This document shows, piece after piece, positions 28,468 through 38,255 of a stretch of DNA of 64,000 nt. A program made the translations under genes and the position numbers. This DNA is from Candidatus Haiyanarchaeum thermophilum (GTDB lineage Archaea; Nanobdellota; Nanobdellia; JAPDLS01; Haiyanarchaeaceae). The stretch spans positions 227,449-291,448 of the forward strand of contig JAPDLS010000001.1 of NCBI GenBank assembly GCA_025920425.1, read 5' to 3'. The notes under the pieces are model-generated. The model was not told the origin of the DNA. It saw only the letters and a list, made by a program, of their open reading frames with translations, and made no database searches. Each line of letters opens with the position of its first letter. Positions within the stretch are counted from its first letter, which is position 1.

Positions 28468-29097
28468 ATGTCCTCCCCTCTCTTTGCTATGCCAGAATTT
28501 CCATCTTATTTAAGAATTATTTTTCAATACAAATCCATTATACTCTTTATAGCATTTCTCATCATTTCTTTTCACATCATCTCCAACCCAATGATTGAGA
28601 AGGCAGTAATAGGATTTTGCGAGAGGTTTTCCTACTTCACTGCCTTCATAGCAGGACTACTTTATGCCTCGTTCGTTACTATTCCTCTCTCTATCGTGTT
28701 AATTTATGATGTAGCCCGCTTCCTTCATCCAGTTATGATAGGAATAATTGGGGGTGTGGGCTCAATGTTAGCAGATGTCTTGGTCTTTCAGTTCTTCAAG
28801 CTCTCAATAATCCCTGAGATCAAATTACTGGCCACTACCCTGAAAGAAAGGAGTGGGAGAGCGAGGAGACTGTTTGAGTATGTGAAACTCTCTGAAAGTA
28901 TGAGGAAAAATGCCCTCTGGATTCAAAAATTTGCTCCATTGATAGCAGCATTTATCATTTCCTCCCCCCTCCCCGATGAATTGGCCATTTTCTTTCTAGC
29001 TGCTGTAGAATACGATATGAGGAAACTCATGGTACTTACCTTCGTTCTCAATTCAATTGGAATCGTCTCCATAGCGTCCATAAGTCTCCTCTTATAA
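28468..29097 (+). CDS. Integral membrane protein (DedA/VTT-like)
   Basis: Multiple TMs, GGVGSMLAD, IISSPLPDE. Confidence 0.7.
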   Translation: MSSPLFAMPEFPSYLRIIFQYKSIILFIAFLIISFHIISNPMIEKAVIGFCERFSYFTAFIAGLLYASFVTIPLSIVLIYDVARFLHPVMIGIIGGVGSMLADVLVFQFFKLSIIPEIKLLATTLKERSGRARRLFEYVKLSESMRKNALWIQKFAPLIAAFIISSPLPDELAIFFLAAVEYDMRKLMVLTFVLNSIGIVSIASISLLL

Positions 29098-29132
29098 CAA
29101 ACTTTTTAATTGATCCATTTCTAGCCTATCTA

Positions 29133-31076
29133 ATGAAGGTAATCCCATCTATTTGTCCTTACTGTGGATGTGGATGCGCTCTAACTTTTAAGATAAAAGA
29201 TTCTGAAATAGAAGTGCTTCATAATCCAGAAGATGAGGTAAGTAAGGGTAAACCATGTGTGAAGGGGCTTACTTGTGCTGAACCTATTTTCGTAGAGAGA
29301 ATAAAGAACCCTATGATCAGGAGAAGTAAGCAGGCGAAATTTAAGGAGGTAAGTTGGACTGAAGCACTTGAGTTTATTAGAAAGGAAATAGAGAAATATA
29401 GTGGGGAGGAAATAGCCATTACTGGTTCTGGAGAACTTACTAATGAAGATAATTATGTTATTCAGAAGTTTGCTAGGACAGTACTTCATACAAATAATAT
29501 AGACACTACCGCAAGACTCTGTCATGCGCCCACTCTGTACGCACTTTACCAGAGCTTCGGAATCACTACAAGCCCCAATTTTCTAGAGGATATCGGCGAA
29601 TGTGACTGCGTTCTCCTCGTAGGTACTAATCCTAGGTCAAATTATCCTGTAGCCTTCAATCGGCTGATGGATGCCAAATACAAGAGAGGGGCAAAAATTA
29701 TCTCAGTGCAGACAATCTTCAACCTAACCTCTGAGTATTCGGATCTCGCTATTTGTCTTAAACCCAACACAGAAGTAGCACTTTTCAATTGCATCCTAAA
29801 TTATTTAATCGAATTCGATTTGATCGAGGAGAAGGTAAAGCGTATAGAAAATTTCGAGAGACTCAAGCAAACAGTTTCCTCCTATACCTTAGAGAGGACT
29901 TCATATATCTGCGGATTGGAAAAGGAGATTCTACAAAGGATTTGTGAGATGATTGGAAGTGCTGAGAAATTTGGAATAATGCATGGAATGGGCCTTACCC
30001 AACACATCTTTGGGGTGGAGAACGTGCTTTCCCTTCTCAATTTAGCCATAGCGAAGAATGCCTACCTGCTTTCCCTTAGAGGAAAAGTAAACATTCAGGG
30101 GGCTGGAGATATGGGATGCTTCCCAAACCTTCAGGACTTTTGGAGTAAAGAGGATATAAATCGTTTGCAACAGTTATGGGGAGTTGAGCTTCCTAAGAGG
30201 ATAGGTAAAACCCTCACTGAGACATTCATCTCGGATCCAGTTAAATTTTACTATATTATAGCCATGGATCCTGCTAAATCTTTACCCTATCTGAATGAGG
30301 TGCATCGCAATTTGAACAGGATGTTCATAGTACTCCAACACCACTACACTACTTATACTATGAAATTTGCGAATGTGCTCCTACCAAGTTGTAGTTTACT
30401 TGAGAAAGAAGGTACAATCACAAATGCTGAGGGAAGGGTAAGGTATGTGAGGAGAGTTATTTCTCCATTGCATTCCTCCATGCAGGATTGGAAGATCCTA
30501 GTTTCATTGGCTCAGTTACTGGAAGTTGAGAAAATCTTCCCCTACGAGGAGGAAATCGACATTTTTGAAGAGATCACTGAGGTAATTCCATCCTATAGAC
30601 ATCTGAGGGCTAAGGAGATATATTCTGGCTTCGATGGCTTCACCCAAAAGGCTCCGAAGTTCTTTAGATTTAACCCAGTAGAATTTAGAGGGTTTGAGGA
30701 AACAACTGATAGGAAGTTTAATTTTATGCTCATCACTGCTAGACAACCTTACCACTTCTGTACAGGAGAAGCCACCCTCAGGTCCAAAACTTTGAAAAAA
30801 TTCTTGGATAAGGGTTTCTGCTATTTAAATCCATTCGATGCAAGAGATCTTGGAATCTTGGATGGGGATCTCATAGAGCTAGAATCAAGAGCAGGTAAAC
30901 TCAAGGCTCAAGTGAAAATTGATCCTAGGGTAACCCAAGGAATAGTTGTAGCCCCATTCTTCGATGATGAGCTTCTAGTAAATAAATTGATTCCCCTCTC
31001 CTTTGATCCTCATACTAAAACCCCTAATTATAAAAACGTTGCTGTGAGGATTAGAAAATTATCGAAGAGGAAATAG
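29133..31076 (+). CDS. Mo/W-bisPGD oxidoreductase, formate dehydrogenase alpha-like
   Basis: CPYCGCGC..CVKG 4Fe-4S site, TNEDNY.IQKFAR, ARLCHAPT (Cys-His active site), RGKVNIQGAGDMG, EKEGTITNAEGR, TPNYKNVAV. Confidence 0.9.
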   Translation: MKVIPSICPYCGCGCALTFKIKDSEIEVLHNPEDEVSKGKPCVKGLTCAEPIFVERIKNPMIRRSKQAKFKEVSWTEALEFIRKEIEKYSGEEIAITGSGELTNEDNYVIQKFARTVLHTNNIDTTARLCHAPTLYALYQSFGITTSPNFLEDIGECDCVLLVGTNPRSNYPVAFNRLMDAKYKRGAKIISVQTIFNLTSEYSDLAICLKPNTEVALFNCILNYLIEFDLIEEKVKRIENFERLKQTVSSYTLERTSYICGLEKEILQRICEMIGSAEKFGIMHGMGLTQHIFGVENVLSLLNLAIAKNAYLLSLRGKVNIQGAGDMGCFPNLQDFWSKEDINRLQQLWGVELPKRIGKTLTETFISDPVKFYYIIAMDPAKSLPYLNEVHRNLNRMFIVLQHHYTTYTMKFANVLLPSCSLLEKEGTITNAEGRVRYVRRVISPLHSSMQDWKILVSLAQLLEVEKIFPYEEEIDIFEEITEVIPSYRHLRAKEIYSGFDGFTQKAPKFFRFNPVEFRGFEETTDRKFNFMLITARQPYHFCTGEATLRSKTLKKFLDKGFCYLNPFDARDLGILDGDLIELESRAGKLKAQVKIDPRVTQGIVVAPFFDDELLVNKLIPLSFDPHTKTPNYKNVAVRIRKLSKRK

Positions 31077-31111
31077 GATAAAATAATAAAACTCGAATGT
31101 ATGGGAGAAGT

Positions 31112-32392
31112 ATGAAGCCTAGCGATATTATTAGATATTATAAGAAGGCAGAGGTGAAGGAAAAGATAATAAAGGTAGCTAAGGATAGAGAGGTTGTACC
31201 TCTTCTCCTCACAGGGGAATTTGGGACAAGACCTCAAGCGATATTGTTTGAGAGGGATTATGATGAGTTAATAAAGGAAGGGGTAGCTAGTCTTCACATG
31301 AGCATTGAGAGATGGAGAAATCCTATGCTCCTGAAGAGCGAAATGAAAAGATCTGAACTTGATGAGCTCAGAATAGGCTGGGATCTCATAATAGATATCG
31401 ATGCAAAGGCCTTTGAGTTCTCAAAGCTTTGTGCTCCTTTAGTCATTGAAGCCCTAGAGCTTCATGGGGTGAAGGACATATTTGTGAAGTTCTCTGGAAG
31501 AAATGGATTTCACATCGCAGTCCCATTTGAGACATTCCCACACAGAGTAGGAGAAAAACTTGTGGATCGAATGTTTCCTGAAGCTGCTAGGATAATTGTC
31601 GCCTACCTTAAACAGATGATCGAAAAGCATCTGGCTGAGGAACTCCAGACAAATTTCTCCCTCGAGGAATTGTGTAGGCTTTCCAATTTAAAAATGGAAG
31701 AACTAATAGATGAAGAACTTGGGATAAATCCTTATAAATTAGTGGATATAGATCCAGTAGCTATCTCCTCTAGGCACTTAGTGAGATGCCCATATTCCCT
31801 TCATGAAAAGACTTGGTTGATCAGTATACCTATAGACAAACGTAAAATTCTAAGCTTCTCTAAGGAAGAGGCCAAACCATTCCAAGTTTCATTTGAAGGG
31901 GACTTCTTAAGTAGGGAGGATTATGAATTATACAGCGCTAGGGAGCTGTTCCTCCAAGCCTTCGATTGGGCTGCAAGGCATGAAGTGGAGGAGAGAGTCT
32001 CTAGGCAGATTGGGGAAAGATTCGAGTTACCAAAACAGGCAATTCCTGAACAATTTTTCCCTCCATGTATAAAAAGTATCTTGAGAGGTGTGAGCGACGG
32101 AAGGAAGAGGTCTATATTTATCCTCATCAACTTCCTGCGCCTTATGGGTTATGATTGGAATTCTGTGGAGAAGATAATTTGGGAGTGGAATAAGAGAAAT
32201 GTGGAGCCCCTGCGGGATTCCTATATAAACTCTCAACTCAACTGGCATAAGAAGTTGAGGGAAGTGTATACTCCTCCGAATTGTGATCACGAGAACTATT
32301 ATCGTAACATGGGAGTATGTGCTCCTGATGAACTTTGTAAAAAAATAAAAAACCCGCTTACCTATGCATTAAGGAGATACAGAAAGGGTTAA
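31112..32392 (+). CDS. Fused DNA primase (PriS catalytic plus PriL Fe-S domain)
   Basis: GWDLIIDID, KFSGRNGFHI, RCPYSLHEK, then FPPCI..DGRKR..PPNC..C..DELC..KNPLTY in the same ORF. Confidence 0.92.
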   Translation: MKPSDIIRYYKKAEVKEKIIKVAKDREVVPLLLTGEFGTRPQAILFERDYDELIKEGVASLHMSIERWRNPMLLKSEMKRSELDELRIGWDLIIDIDAKAFEFSKLCAPLVIEALELHGVKDIFVKFSGRNGFHIAVPFETFPHRVGEKLVDRMFPEAARIIVAYLKQMIEKHLAEELQTNFSLEELCRLSNLKMEELIDEELGINPYKLVDIDPVAISSRHLVRCPYSLHEKTWLISIPIDKRKILSFSKEEAKPFQVSFEGDFLSREDYELYSARELFLQAFDWAARHEVEERVSRQIGERFELPKQAIPEQFFPPCIKSILRGVSDGRKRSIFILINFLRLMGYDWNSVEKIIWEWNKRNVEPLRDSYINSQLNWHKKLREVYTPPNCDHENYYRNMGVCAPDELCKKIKNPLTYALRRYRKG

Positions 32393-32393
32393 G

Positions 32394-32990
32394 ATGGAAG
32401 AGGAGATATTAACTTACGAAGATATTCGAAAGGTCTTTAGGAAGGAGAAAGAGGAGAATAGTCTGGTAAAGGTAGAGGAAGATTTCCTTAAGAAAGTATC
32501 TATTTATCTTAGCGAGAAGCGAAGACTCCTAGAAGAGGCTAGGAAAGAAGAAGGGAAACTCTCGAGGGAGATGGCGGAAAAGCTAGAGCTGGAAATAAAA
32601 CATGCACTTTCAGCTCTCGAGAAGTGGTACAACCTGCGGGAGAGGAAGATATTAGATCTTGCCCTAGTGGGAGTTAAAACGAGAAATGTTGATCTCAGCA
32701 AGTTGCTTGCAGATGAGAGGGAACTTTTTGAGAAGCTTGTGGAGATCCTAAGGGAGTATAGGGAAAGATTTAAGAACTTATTCCAAACCCAGCCAAAGCC
32801 GAAGAAGCCACATTCTGATAAGCAGCTCGTAAGGGTAATAGAAAAAATAGATAAATTTTTATGGACTGATGGAAATACTTACGGACCATATGAGGAGGGG
32901 GAAGTAGCAAACCTCCCAAAGGAAATAGCTCAACATCTGATTGAGTTAGGAAAGGTGGAGGAGGTGAAGGTGGAAGATGAAGAAAGTTAA
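32394..32990 (+). CDS. GINS complex subunit (Gins51 type)
   Basis: Helical A domain (YNLRERKILDLA) plus C-terminal B domain DGNTYGPYEEGEVANLP..A..L. Confidence 0.88.
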   Translation: MEEEILTYEDIRKVFRKEKEENSLVKVEEDFLKKVSIYLSEKRRLLEEARKEEGKLSREMAEKLELEIKHALSALEKWYNLRERKILDLALVGVKTRNVDLSKLLADERELFEKLVEILREYRERFKNLFQTQPKPKKPHSDKQLVRVIEKIDKFLWTDGNTYGPYEEGEVANLPKEIAQHLIELGKVEEVKVEDEES

Positions 32991-33273
32991 AGAGGTGAGA
33001 AGGTATTGCAAGTATTGCAGAAAACATACTCTCCACAAGGTAAGTCAGCTCAAGCTTACTAGAAAGAGAGGAGCACTCAAGTTAAGCAGTAGGAAATTCG
33101 AGAGAATCATGAAAGGGTATGGAGGCTTTCCTAGGCCAAAAACTATGAAGAGCTCTAGACATGGGGTAAAGACTACAAAGAGAGTTACTCTCCTCTACAA
33201 GTGCTCTGAATGTAATAGGATCACTCCCTCCATTGGAATCAAGGCTAAAAAATTCAGCTTCGTTGAAAAATGA
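32977..33273 (+). CDS. rpl44e: 50S ribosomal protein L44e
   Basis: YCKYCRKHTLHKV, GYGGFPRP, KTTKR..CSEC. Confidence 0.95.
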   Translation: MKKVKEVRRYCKYCRKHTLHKVSQLKLTRKRGALKLSSRKFERIMKGYGGFPRPKTMKSSRHGVKTTKRVTLLYKCSECNRITPSIGIKAKKFSFVEK

Positions 33274-33437
33274 CGAGCAAATTTTTAAGAGTACGCTGTC
33301 CTAAGTGCAAAAGTGAGCAGATCATTTTCGGGAAGGCCAGTATGGTAGTGAAGTGTCTGGTGTGCAATAGGAAATTGGCTACCCCTACAGGAGGCAAAGT
33401 AAAGGTGCATGCTAAGATCTTGGAGGTGCTTTCTTAG
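33270..33437 (+). CDS. rps27e: 30S ribosomal protein S27e
   Basis: Manual translation MTSKFLRVRCPKCKSEQIIFGKASMVVKCLVCNRKLATPTGGKVKVHAKILEVLS. Confidence 0.95.
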   Translation: MTSKFLRVRCPKCKSEQIIFGKASMVVKCLVCNRKLATPTGGKVKVHAKILEVLS

Positions 33438-33439
33438 AT

Positions 33440-34234
33440 ATGTTCTATAAGAAAGAGGGACTTCCAAAGCTGGATGAACTTGTAATTTGCAAAGTAAGTA
33501 GAATCACTCCACATACGGCATTCGTTACATTAGAAGAATATAGAGATAAAGAGGCTATGCTCCACATCTCTGAGGTTTCATCTAAATGGGTAAGTGATAT
33601 TCGGGAAATACTAAAGGAGGGAAAACTTATCGTGTGCAAAGTGCTGAAGGTAGATGAAAAGACAGGATTCATAGACGTTTCCTTGAAGAGAGTGAGTAGG
33701 ACTGAAGAGCTCATTAAGAGAGATGAATGGAAGAACGAGAATCGTGTTGAGAAAATGCTGGAAGCAGCAGCTTCCAAGATCAACTCAAGCCTAGAGGAGG
33801 CATATAATGCTATTGGTTATAAGATCCTCAAAAAATATGGAAGCTTGAGAGCAATAATTCCAGAAATTGCTGAAAGAGGGGAAGAAGCCTTGAGGGAACT
33901 TGGAGTTGATGAGAAATGGATAGGGAGTTTCATGGATGTAATAGAGGATTATCTTAAGAGTTCTAAGGTTTCCATTTCAGTGCTCTTGACCTTAAAAAGC
34001 TTCGATGGAGATGGTGTAGTTAAGATAAGAAATCTATTTGATGAGATAAGTAAGAAGTGTAGACGAAGTAGGATGGAATTTACCTTCTCCTACTTTGGGG
34101 CTCCGAGGTACAGGATTAAACTTACCTCCAATAATTACAAGCAAATAGAGAAGTTCCTCTCTTCCCTTTCAGCTGAGCTTCAAAACTTATCCAAGAAGTA
34201 TGGACTTGAGATCGAGATGAAGAGGGAGGAATGA
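33440..34234 (+). CDS. eif2a: Translation initiation factor aIF2 alpha
   Basis: S1 domain LHISEVS..W, IDVSLKRV, DGV..I, GAPRYRI. Confidence 0.95.
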   Translation: MFYKKEGLPKLDELVICKVSRITPHTAFVTLEEYRDKEAMLHISEVSSKWVSDIREILKEGKLIVCKVLKVDEKTGFIDVSLKRVSRTEELIKRDEWKNENRVEKMLEAAASKINSSLEEAYNAIGYKILKKYGSLRAIIPEIAERGEEALRELGVDEKWIGSFMDVIEDYLKSSKVSISVLLTLKSFDGDGVVKIRNLFDEISKKCRRSRMEFTFSYFGAPRYRIKLTSNNYKQIEKFLSSLSAELQNLSKKYGLEIEMKREE

Positions 34235-34371
34235 AGACAAAAATTTTATATTGTGAAAATTGTAGGATTTATACATTAAAGCCCATATGCAAGTTGTGTG
34301 GGGGAAAGACTGTTGAGAGAAAACCGATGAGATTTTCCCTCCAAGATAAATACCTGAAGTATAGAAAATGA
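34231..34371 (+). CDS. nop10: H/ACA RNP protein Nop10
   Basis: Manual translation MKTKILYCENCRIYTLKPICKLCGGKTVERKPMRFSLQDKYLKYRK; conserved eif2a-nop10-PAC2 order. Confidence 0.88.
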   Translation: MKTKILYCENCRIYTLKPICKLCGGKTVERKPMRFSLQDKYLKYRK

Positions 34372-35132
34372 AATTTTTGATCAAAAAATTCGAGAAAGAA
34401 GTGAAGCTAAATGACCCTCTCCTAATTGAGGGTCTGCCAGGAATAGGAAATGTAGCTAGAATAGCTGTCTCTTATCTAATCAATAAGTTGAATGCTAGAC
34501 CATATCTCTCCATTTATTCCTACATCTCTCCGAATTCCGTATTCGTAAATGAGGATGCCACAATAGAGCTGCCAAAGATAGATTTCTACTATTACAAGAA
34601 TAAGAAAGGAAGGGACATTGTATTTGTATCTGGAGATTACCAACCTGGGAGGGAGGACTACAGTTATCTCCTTGCCGAAAAGATTCTTGACATAGCAGAG
34701 GAACTCAATGTGAAGGAAATAATCACACTGGGGGGCTTTCCAGTAATCGGAGAGTTAAATAAAGTAAGAGTCTATGGGGCAATTACTACCAAAGAATACA
34801 TAAAAGATTTCTCGAAGTTGGGAGTAATCTTCGATGGTTCTGGTGTGAACTTGATTATAGGAGCTGCAGGCCTTCTCCTTGGATTAGGAAAGTTAAGGGG
34901 AATGAAGGGAATTAGTCTCCTCGCAGAGACTAAGACTATGCCTGAATATGCTGGAATAAAAAGCAGTAGGGAAATACTGAGAATCTTGAATGATTATCTA
35001 AATCTTGGACTTTCCCTACAGGATCTAGACAAGGAAATAGAGAGGATGGAAAGTAGGAAAATAGAGAGAAAAAGGACTAGAAGAAAAGCTCTTACCGAAC
35101 CTAAAGTAGAGGAGACGAGATACATTGGATAG
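34368..35132 (+). CDS. Proteasome assembly chaperone (PAC2 family)
   Basis: IEGLPGIGNVARIA, GDYQP, ITLGG, IIGAAGLLLG. Confidence 0.9.
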   Translation: MKFLIKKFEKEVKLNDPLLIEGLPGIGNVARIAVSYLINKLNARPYLSIYSYISPNSVFVNEDATIELPKIDFYYYKNKKGRDIVFVSGDYQPGREDYSYLLAEKILDIAEELNVKEIITLGGFPVIGELNKVRVYGAITTKEYIKDFSKLGVIFDGSGVNLIIGAAGLLLGLGKLRGMKGISLLAETKTMPEYAGIKSSREILRILNDYLNLGLSLQDLDKEIERMESRKIERKRTRRKALTEPKVEETRYIG

Positions 35133-35134
35133 TT

Positions 35135-36400
35135 ATGAGGGTAATCTCTGACTTCCACATTCACTCATTCTGGAGTAGGGCTACGAGCAAGGAAATGAAT
35201 TTAGACGGGATAGCTGCCGGAGCGAGAGTGAAAGGATTAAATCTTGTGGGTACTGGAGATTTTACACATCCTAAGTGGTTATCTGAGCTGAAGGAAAAAC
35301 TTGAGCCCATTCCTGAGAATGGAGTGTTTCGTTACCAGGGCGTTTTTTTCACGCTTACCACAGAAGTAGCTACATACTTTACCTTTCTGGGAAGATGGAG
35401 GAGGATTCATCATGTGATTCATGCCCCCTCTTTTGAGATCGTAGCCCAAATCAATGAATCCCTTTCCAAATATGGGGACCTCAGTGCTGATGGCAGGCCA
35501 ATTTTGAGGATGAGTGCTCCAGAACTTGTAGAGACACTAATGGAGATAAGTCCAGATATTCTCATCTACCCTGCGCACGCTTGGACTCCATGGATGTCAT
35601 GCTTCGGAAGCCGCTCAGGATTCGATTCTCTAGAAGAATGCTATCAAGATCAGGTAAAGCACATATCTGCCTTAGAAACAGGACTCTCCAGTGATCCTCC
35701 AATGAACTGGAGATTGAGCTCCTTAGATAGATTCACTTTGCTTAGCAACAGCGATAGTCACTCTCCCCATCCATGGAGACTCGGAAGAGAAGCCAATGTA
35801 TTTGAACTCAAAGAGATCGATTACTGGGAGATCTTGGAAGTGATAAGACGTAAAGATAGGGAAAGATTTTTATATACGATTGAGGTGGATCCCAATTACG
35901 GAAAGTATCATTTCGATGGACACAGGAATTGCAAGATAAGCTTACATCCTATCGATGCCATTAAGCTGGGTAATATCTGCCCAAAGTGTGGAAAAAAATT
36001 GACTGTTGGAGTACTACATAGAGTTGAGGAACTAGCCGATAGGGAGGAAGGATTTATTCCAGAAAATGCCATTCCATTTAAGACGTTGCTTCCTCTCTAT
36101 GAAATCATTTCCTCAGTTTTGGGGATAGGTGAACTTTACTCTCAAAGGGTGCTGGAAGAGCATAATAAACTGATTAACAAATTTCAAAACGAATTGGATG
36201 TGCTTCTAATGGTCCCAAAAGAGAAACTACTTGAGGTCACAAGTAAGGAAATTGCAGATGCAATAATAAAAGTAAGGGAAAGAAAAGTAAAATATATTCC
36301 CGGCTACGATGGAGTCTATGGTAGGCCTATCTTCGATGAAAGTTTCGAAGTAAGTAAAATAAACTTCTACCCATTCCAACGACGTTTAGATCAATTCTAG
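35135..36400 (+). CDS. endoQ: Endonuclease Q (PHP domain plus Zn finger)
   Basis: DFHIHS..SRATS, GTGDFTHP, PAHAWTPW, ETGLSSD, SNSDSHS, GKYH.DGHRNC, CPKCG, PGYDGVYG, C-terminal QRRLDQF. Confidence 0.9.
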   Translation: MRVISDFHIHSFWSRATSKEMNLDGIAAGARVKGLNLVGTGDFTHPKWLSELKEKLEPIPENGVFRYQGVFFTLTTEVATYFTFLGRWRRIHHVIHAPSFEIVAQINESLSKYGDLSADGRPILRMSAPELVETLMEISPDILIYPAHAWTPWMSCFGSRSGFDSLEECYQDQVKHISALETGLSSDPPMNWRLSSLDRFTLLSNSDSHSPHPWRLGREANVFELKEIDYWEILEVIRRKDRERFLYTIEVDPNYGKYHFDGHRNCKISLHPIDAIKLGNICPKCGKKLTVGVLHRVEELADREEGFIPENAIPFKTLLPLYEIISSVLGIGELYSQRVLEEHNKLINKFQNELDVLLMVPKEKLLEVTSKEIADAIIKVRERKVKYIPGYDGVYGRPIFDESFEVSKINFYPFQRRLDQF

Positions 36401-36423
36401 AATTGATAAAAATTAAAGAAGGA

Positions 36424-37320
36424 TTAAGCTGCACCTATAGCTGTAAATGTAATGGTAGGTATATTGATTACGTATCCATATTTTACACTTAGTAGTATTT
36501 CATCTCTGAAAGCAGTAGGTTGTGTGAGCTTTTCAGGCCTTACATTTATAGTGAGGTAAACATCTAACCTGTTAGCTTCTAATTTCAATAGGCTTGGATC
36601 TGTCACTTGAAGCACGTAGAAATTATCTTGTAGTGTGGCATTAACTTCTTTCATCTTTATCTTAGCCGAAAATCCTGTGATCAACTCTTTGCTTATCTTG
36701 ATCACTAATTCAGTAAGAGTTGAATCGGGAGTCACACTTACATTTGAGGAACTTACAAAGCCATTCAGCTCATTTTTAATGGTGAGTGTAGGTTTAAATG
36801 AGGTAGTGGTGATGACATCCTTTATTCCACTCATCGTAATGGTAAGTGGACCATCTTCTACATAGGATCTAGGAGTAATTCCAGTTGCGTACTCGCTTTT
36901 GTTGGCTAATACAAACTCATAGCTAGCCTCTTGCAGATAATTGAACTTAAGCTTTCCAACGATTGAATAACTCTTGTTTTCCCTGGCAGAAGATAAGAGT
37001 GAAAACTGGGCGGTAATAGTAGTAGTATCCCCAGCTGGGATAGTCCCAATTTGCAAATATGGATCTTGAATTGATACTGTCACGTCTGGTGAGCTTATAT
37101 AGGCTTCTACATCATCTATGTTTTTAGGATATCCATTCTTTATCTCTAAGCTATATTCTGCTGTCTCACCTATAATTATGCTACTAGGCGCACTTGGTCT
37201 TACTGTTACTTTTAGTGTTACCGGAGGCTGGATTGTGGGAGGCCACCAACCCTGCTGAATGCATCCTAGAGAAAGTAGGAGTAGTGTTAGACTCGCAAAC
37301 AAGAGGATCTCTTTTTTCAT
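36424..37320 (-). CDS. Predicted lipoprotein, Ig-like beta domains
   Basis: Signal peptide with LGC lipobox, CARDB-like IKNG..IGTIPAG, C-terminal YGY strand. Confidence 0.75.
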   Translation of the reverse strand: MKKEILLFASLTLLLLSLGCIQQGWWPPTIQPPVTLKVTVRPSAPSSIIIGETAEYSLEIKNGYPKNIDDVEAYISSPDVTVSIQDPYLQIGTIPAGDTTTITAQFSLLSSARENKSYSIVGKLKFNYLQEASYEFVLANKSEYATGITPRSYVEDGPLTITMSGIKDVITTTSFKPTLTIKNELNGFVSSSNVSVTPDSTLTELVIKISKELITGFSAKIKMKEVNATLQDNFYVLQVTDPSLLKLEANRLDVYLTINVRPEKLTQPTAFRDEILLSVKYGYVINIPTITFTAIGAA

Positions 37321-37367
37321 TTTCCGCTCTTTAATTCGTAGAAGCTTTGGCTTTTTAAAATTTATCC

Positions 37368-38255
37368 TCAGTAAGAGGTAAATGTGAATGCAGGAGCTTC
37401 AACACAGTAAGTATAATTTAATCCAAAGTAAACTGGAAAACTAATGAAATTTACACTCTTCAACATCTCTAGAATCTCTTCCCTTAAGGAGATGTATGCT
37501 CTAATTTCCTTACTTTCCTTCAATTGTAATAATAACCTATCACTCTCATTCTGATAACTTAATCTCACTCTTATATTTCCATCTATTACTTTCCCATACC
37601 TCTGGAAGGCATACAGGCTTGCAATTATATCATCTCTAGGTACCCTTATTTCAATCTCTTTTATTATAGAGTCACAAGGTTGACCCACTTCTTTAGAAGT
37701 AATCTCTCCGCTCAGTTCATTCTTCAATTTAATTGTGAAATTTATCTCATGGACAGGCGAAAATACATTTTCAATACCAATAAAGCTTACTGAAATTATT
37801 TCCTTATCTAAGCTAGAATGTGGCTTCGTGTTTACCATGCTGGGATCCGAGGCGATAATGATCTCATGATATCCTTCTACTTCTCTGTCTACGCATATCT
37901 TCCCATAGATCTTGTACTCCATGTTTGGATATGCTTTCGTATTCAAAGCACAGTTTACGTAACCTTCATTACTTGTACCAGAAATTAGGTCTCCCAGATC
38001 GATCCTCTGCTGGAGTAAGCTCACAGATATATCTGGACTGTAGAGGAATGCCCTCACGTTTTTCAAAGTTGCGGAGAAATTGTTAGTCACCTGTACTCTA
38101 AGCTCAAAGGTCTCCCCTCTTTTTACCCTCTTAGGCCCGTACATATAAACGCTAATTCCCCCATATATTGCTCCTCCACTTGGAGGGGATGGGGTAATTT
38201 GAATGCATCCCAATAGAATAAGAAGTATCAACAAAGATCCAAGCTCCTTCATCAT
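37368..38255 (-). CDS. Predicted lipoprotein, Ig-like beta domains (paralogue of neighbours)
   Basis: LLLGC lipobox, GETFELRVQVTN..LGDL, C-terminal YTY strand. Confidence 0.75.
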   Translation of the reverse strand: MMKELGSLLILLILLGCIQITPSPPSGGAIYGGISVYMYGPKRVKRGETFELRVQVTNNFSATLKNVRAFLYSPDISVSLLQQRIDLGDLISGTSNEGYVNCALNTKAYPNMEYKIYGKICVDREVEGYHEIIIASDPSMVNTKPHSSLDKEIISVSFIGIENVFSPVHEINFTIKLKNELSGEITSKEVGQPCDSIIKEIEIRVPRDDIIASLYAFQRYGKVIDGNIRVRLSYQNESDRLLLQLKESKEIRAYISLREEILEMLKSVNFISFPVYFGLNYTYCVEAPAFTFTSY

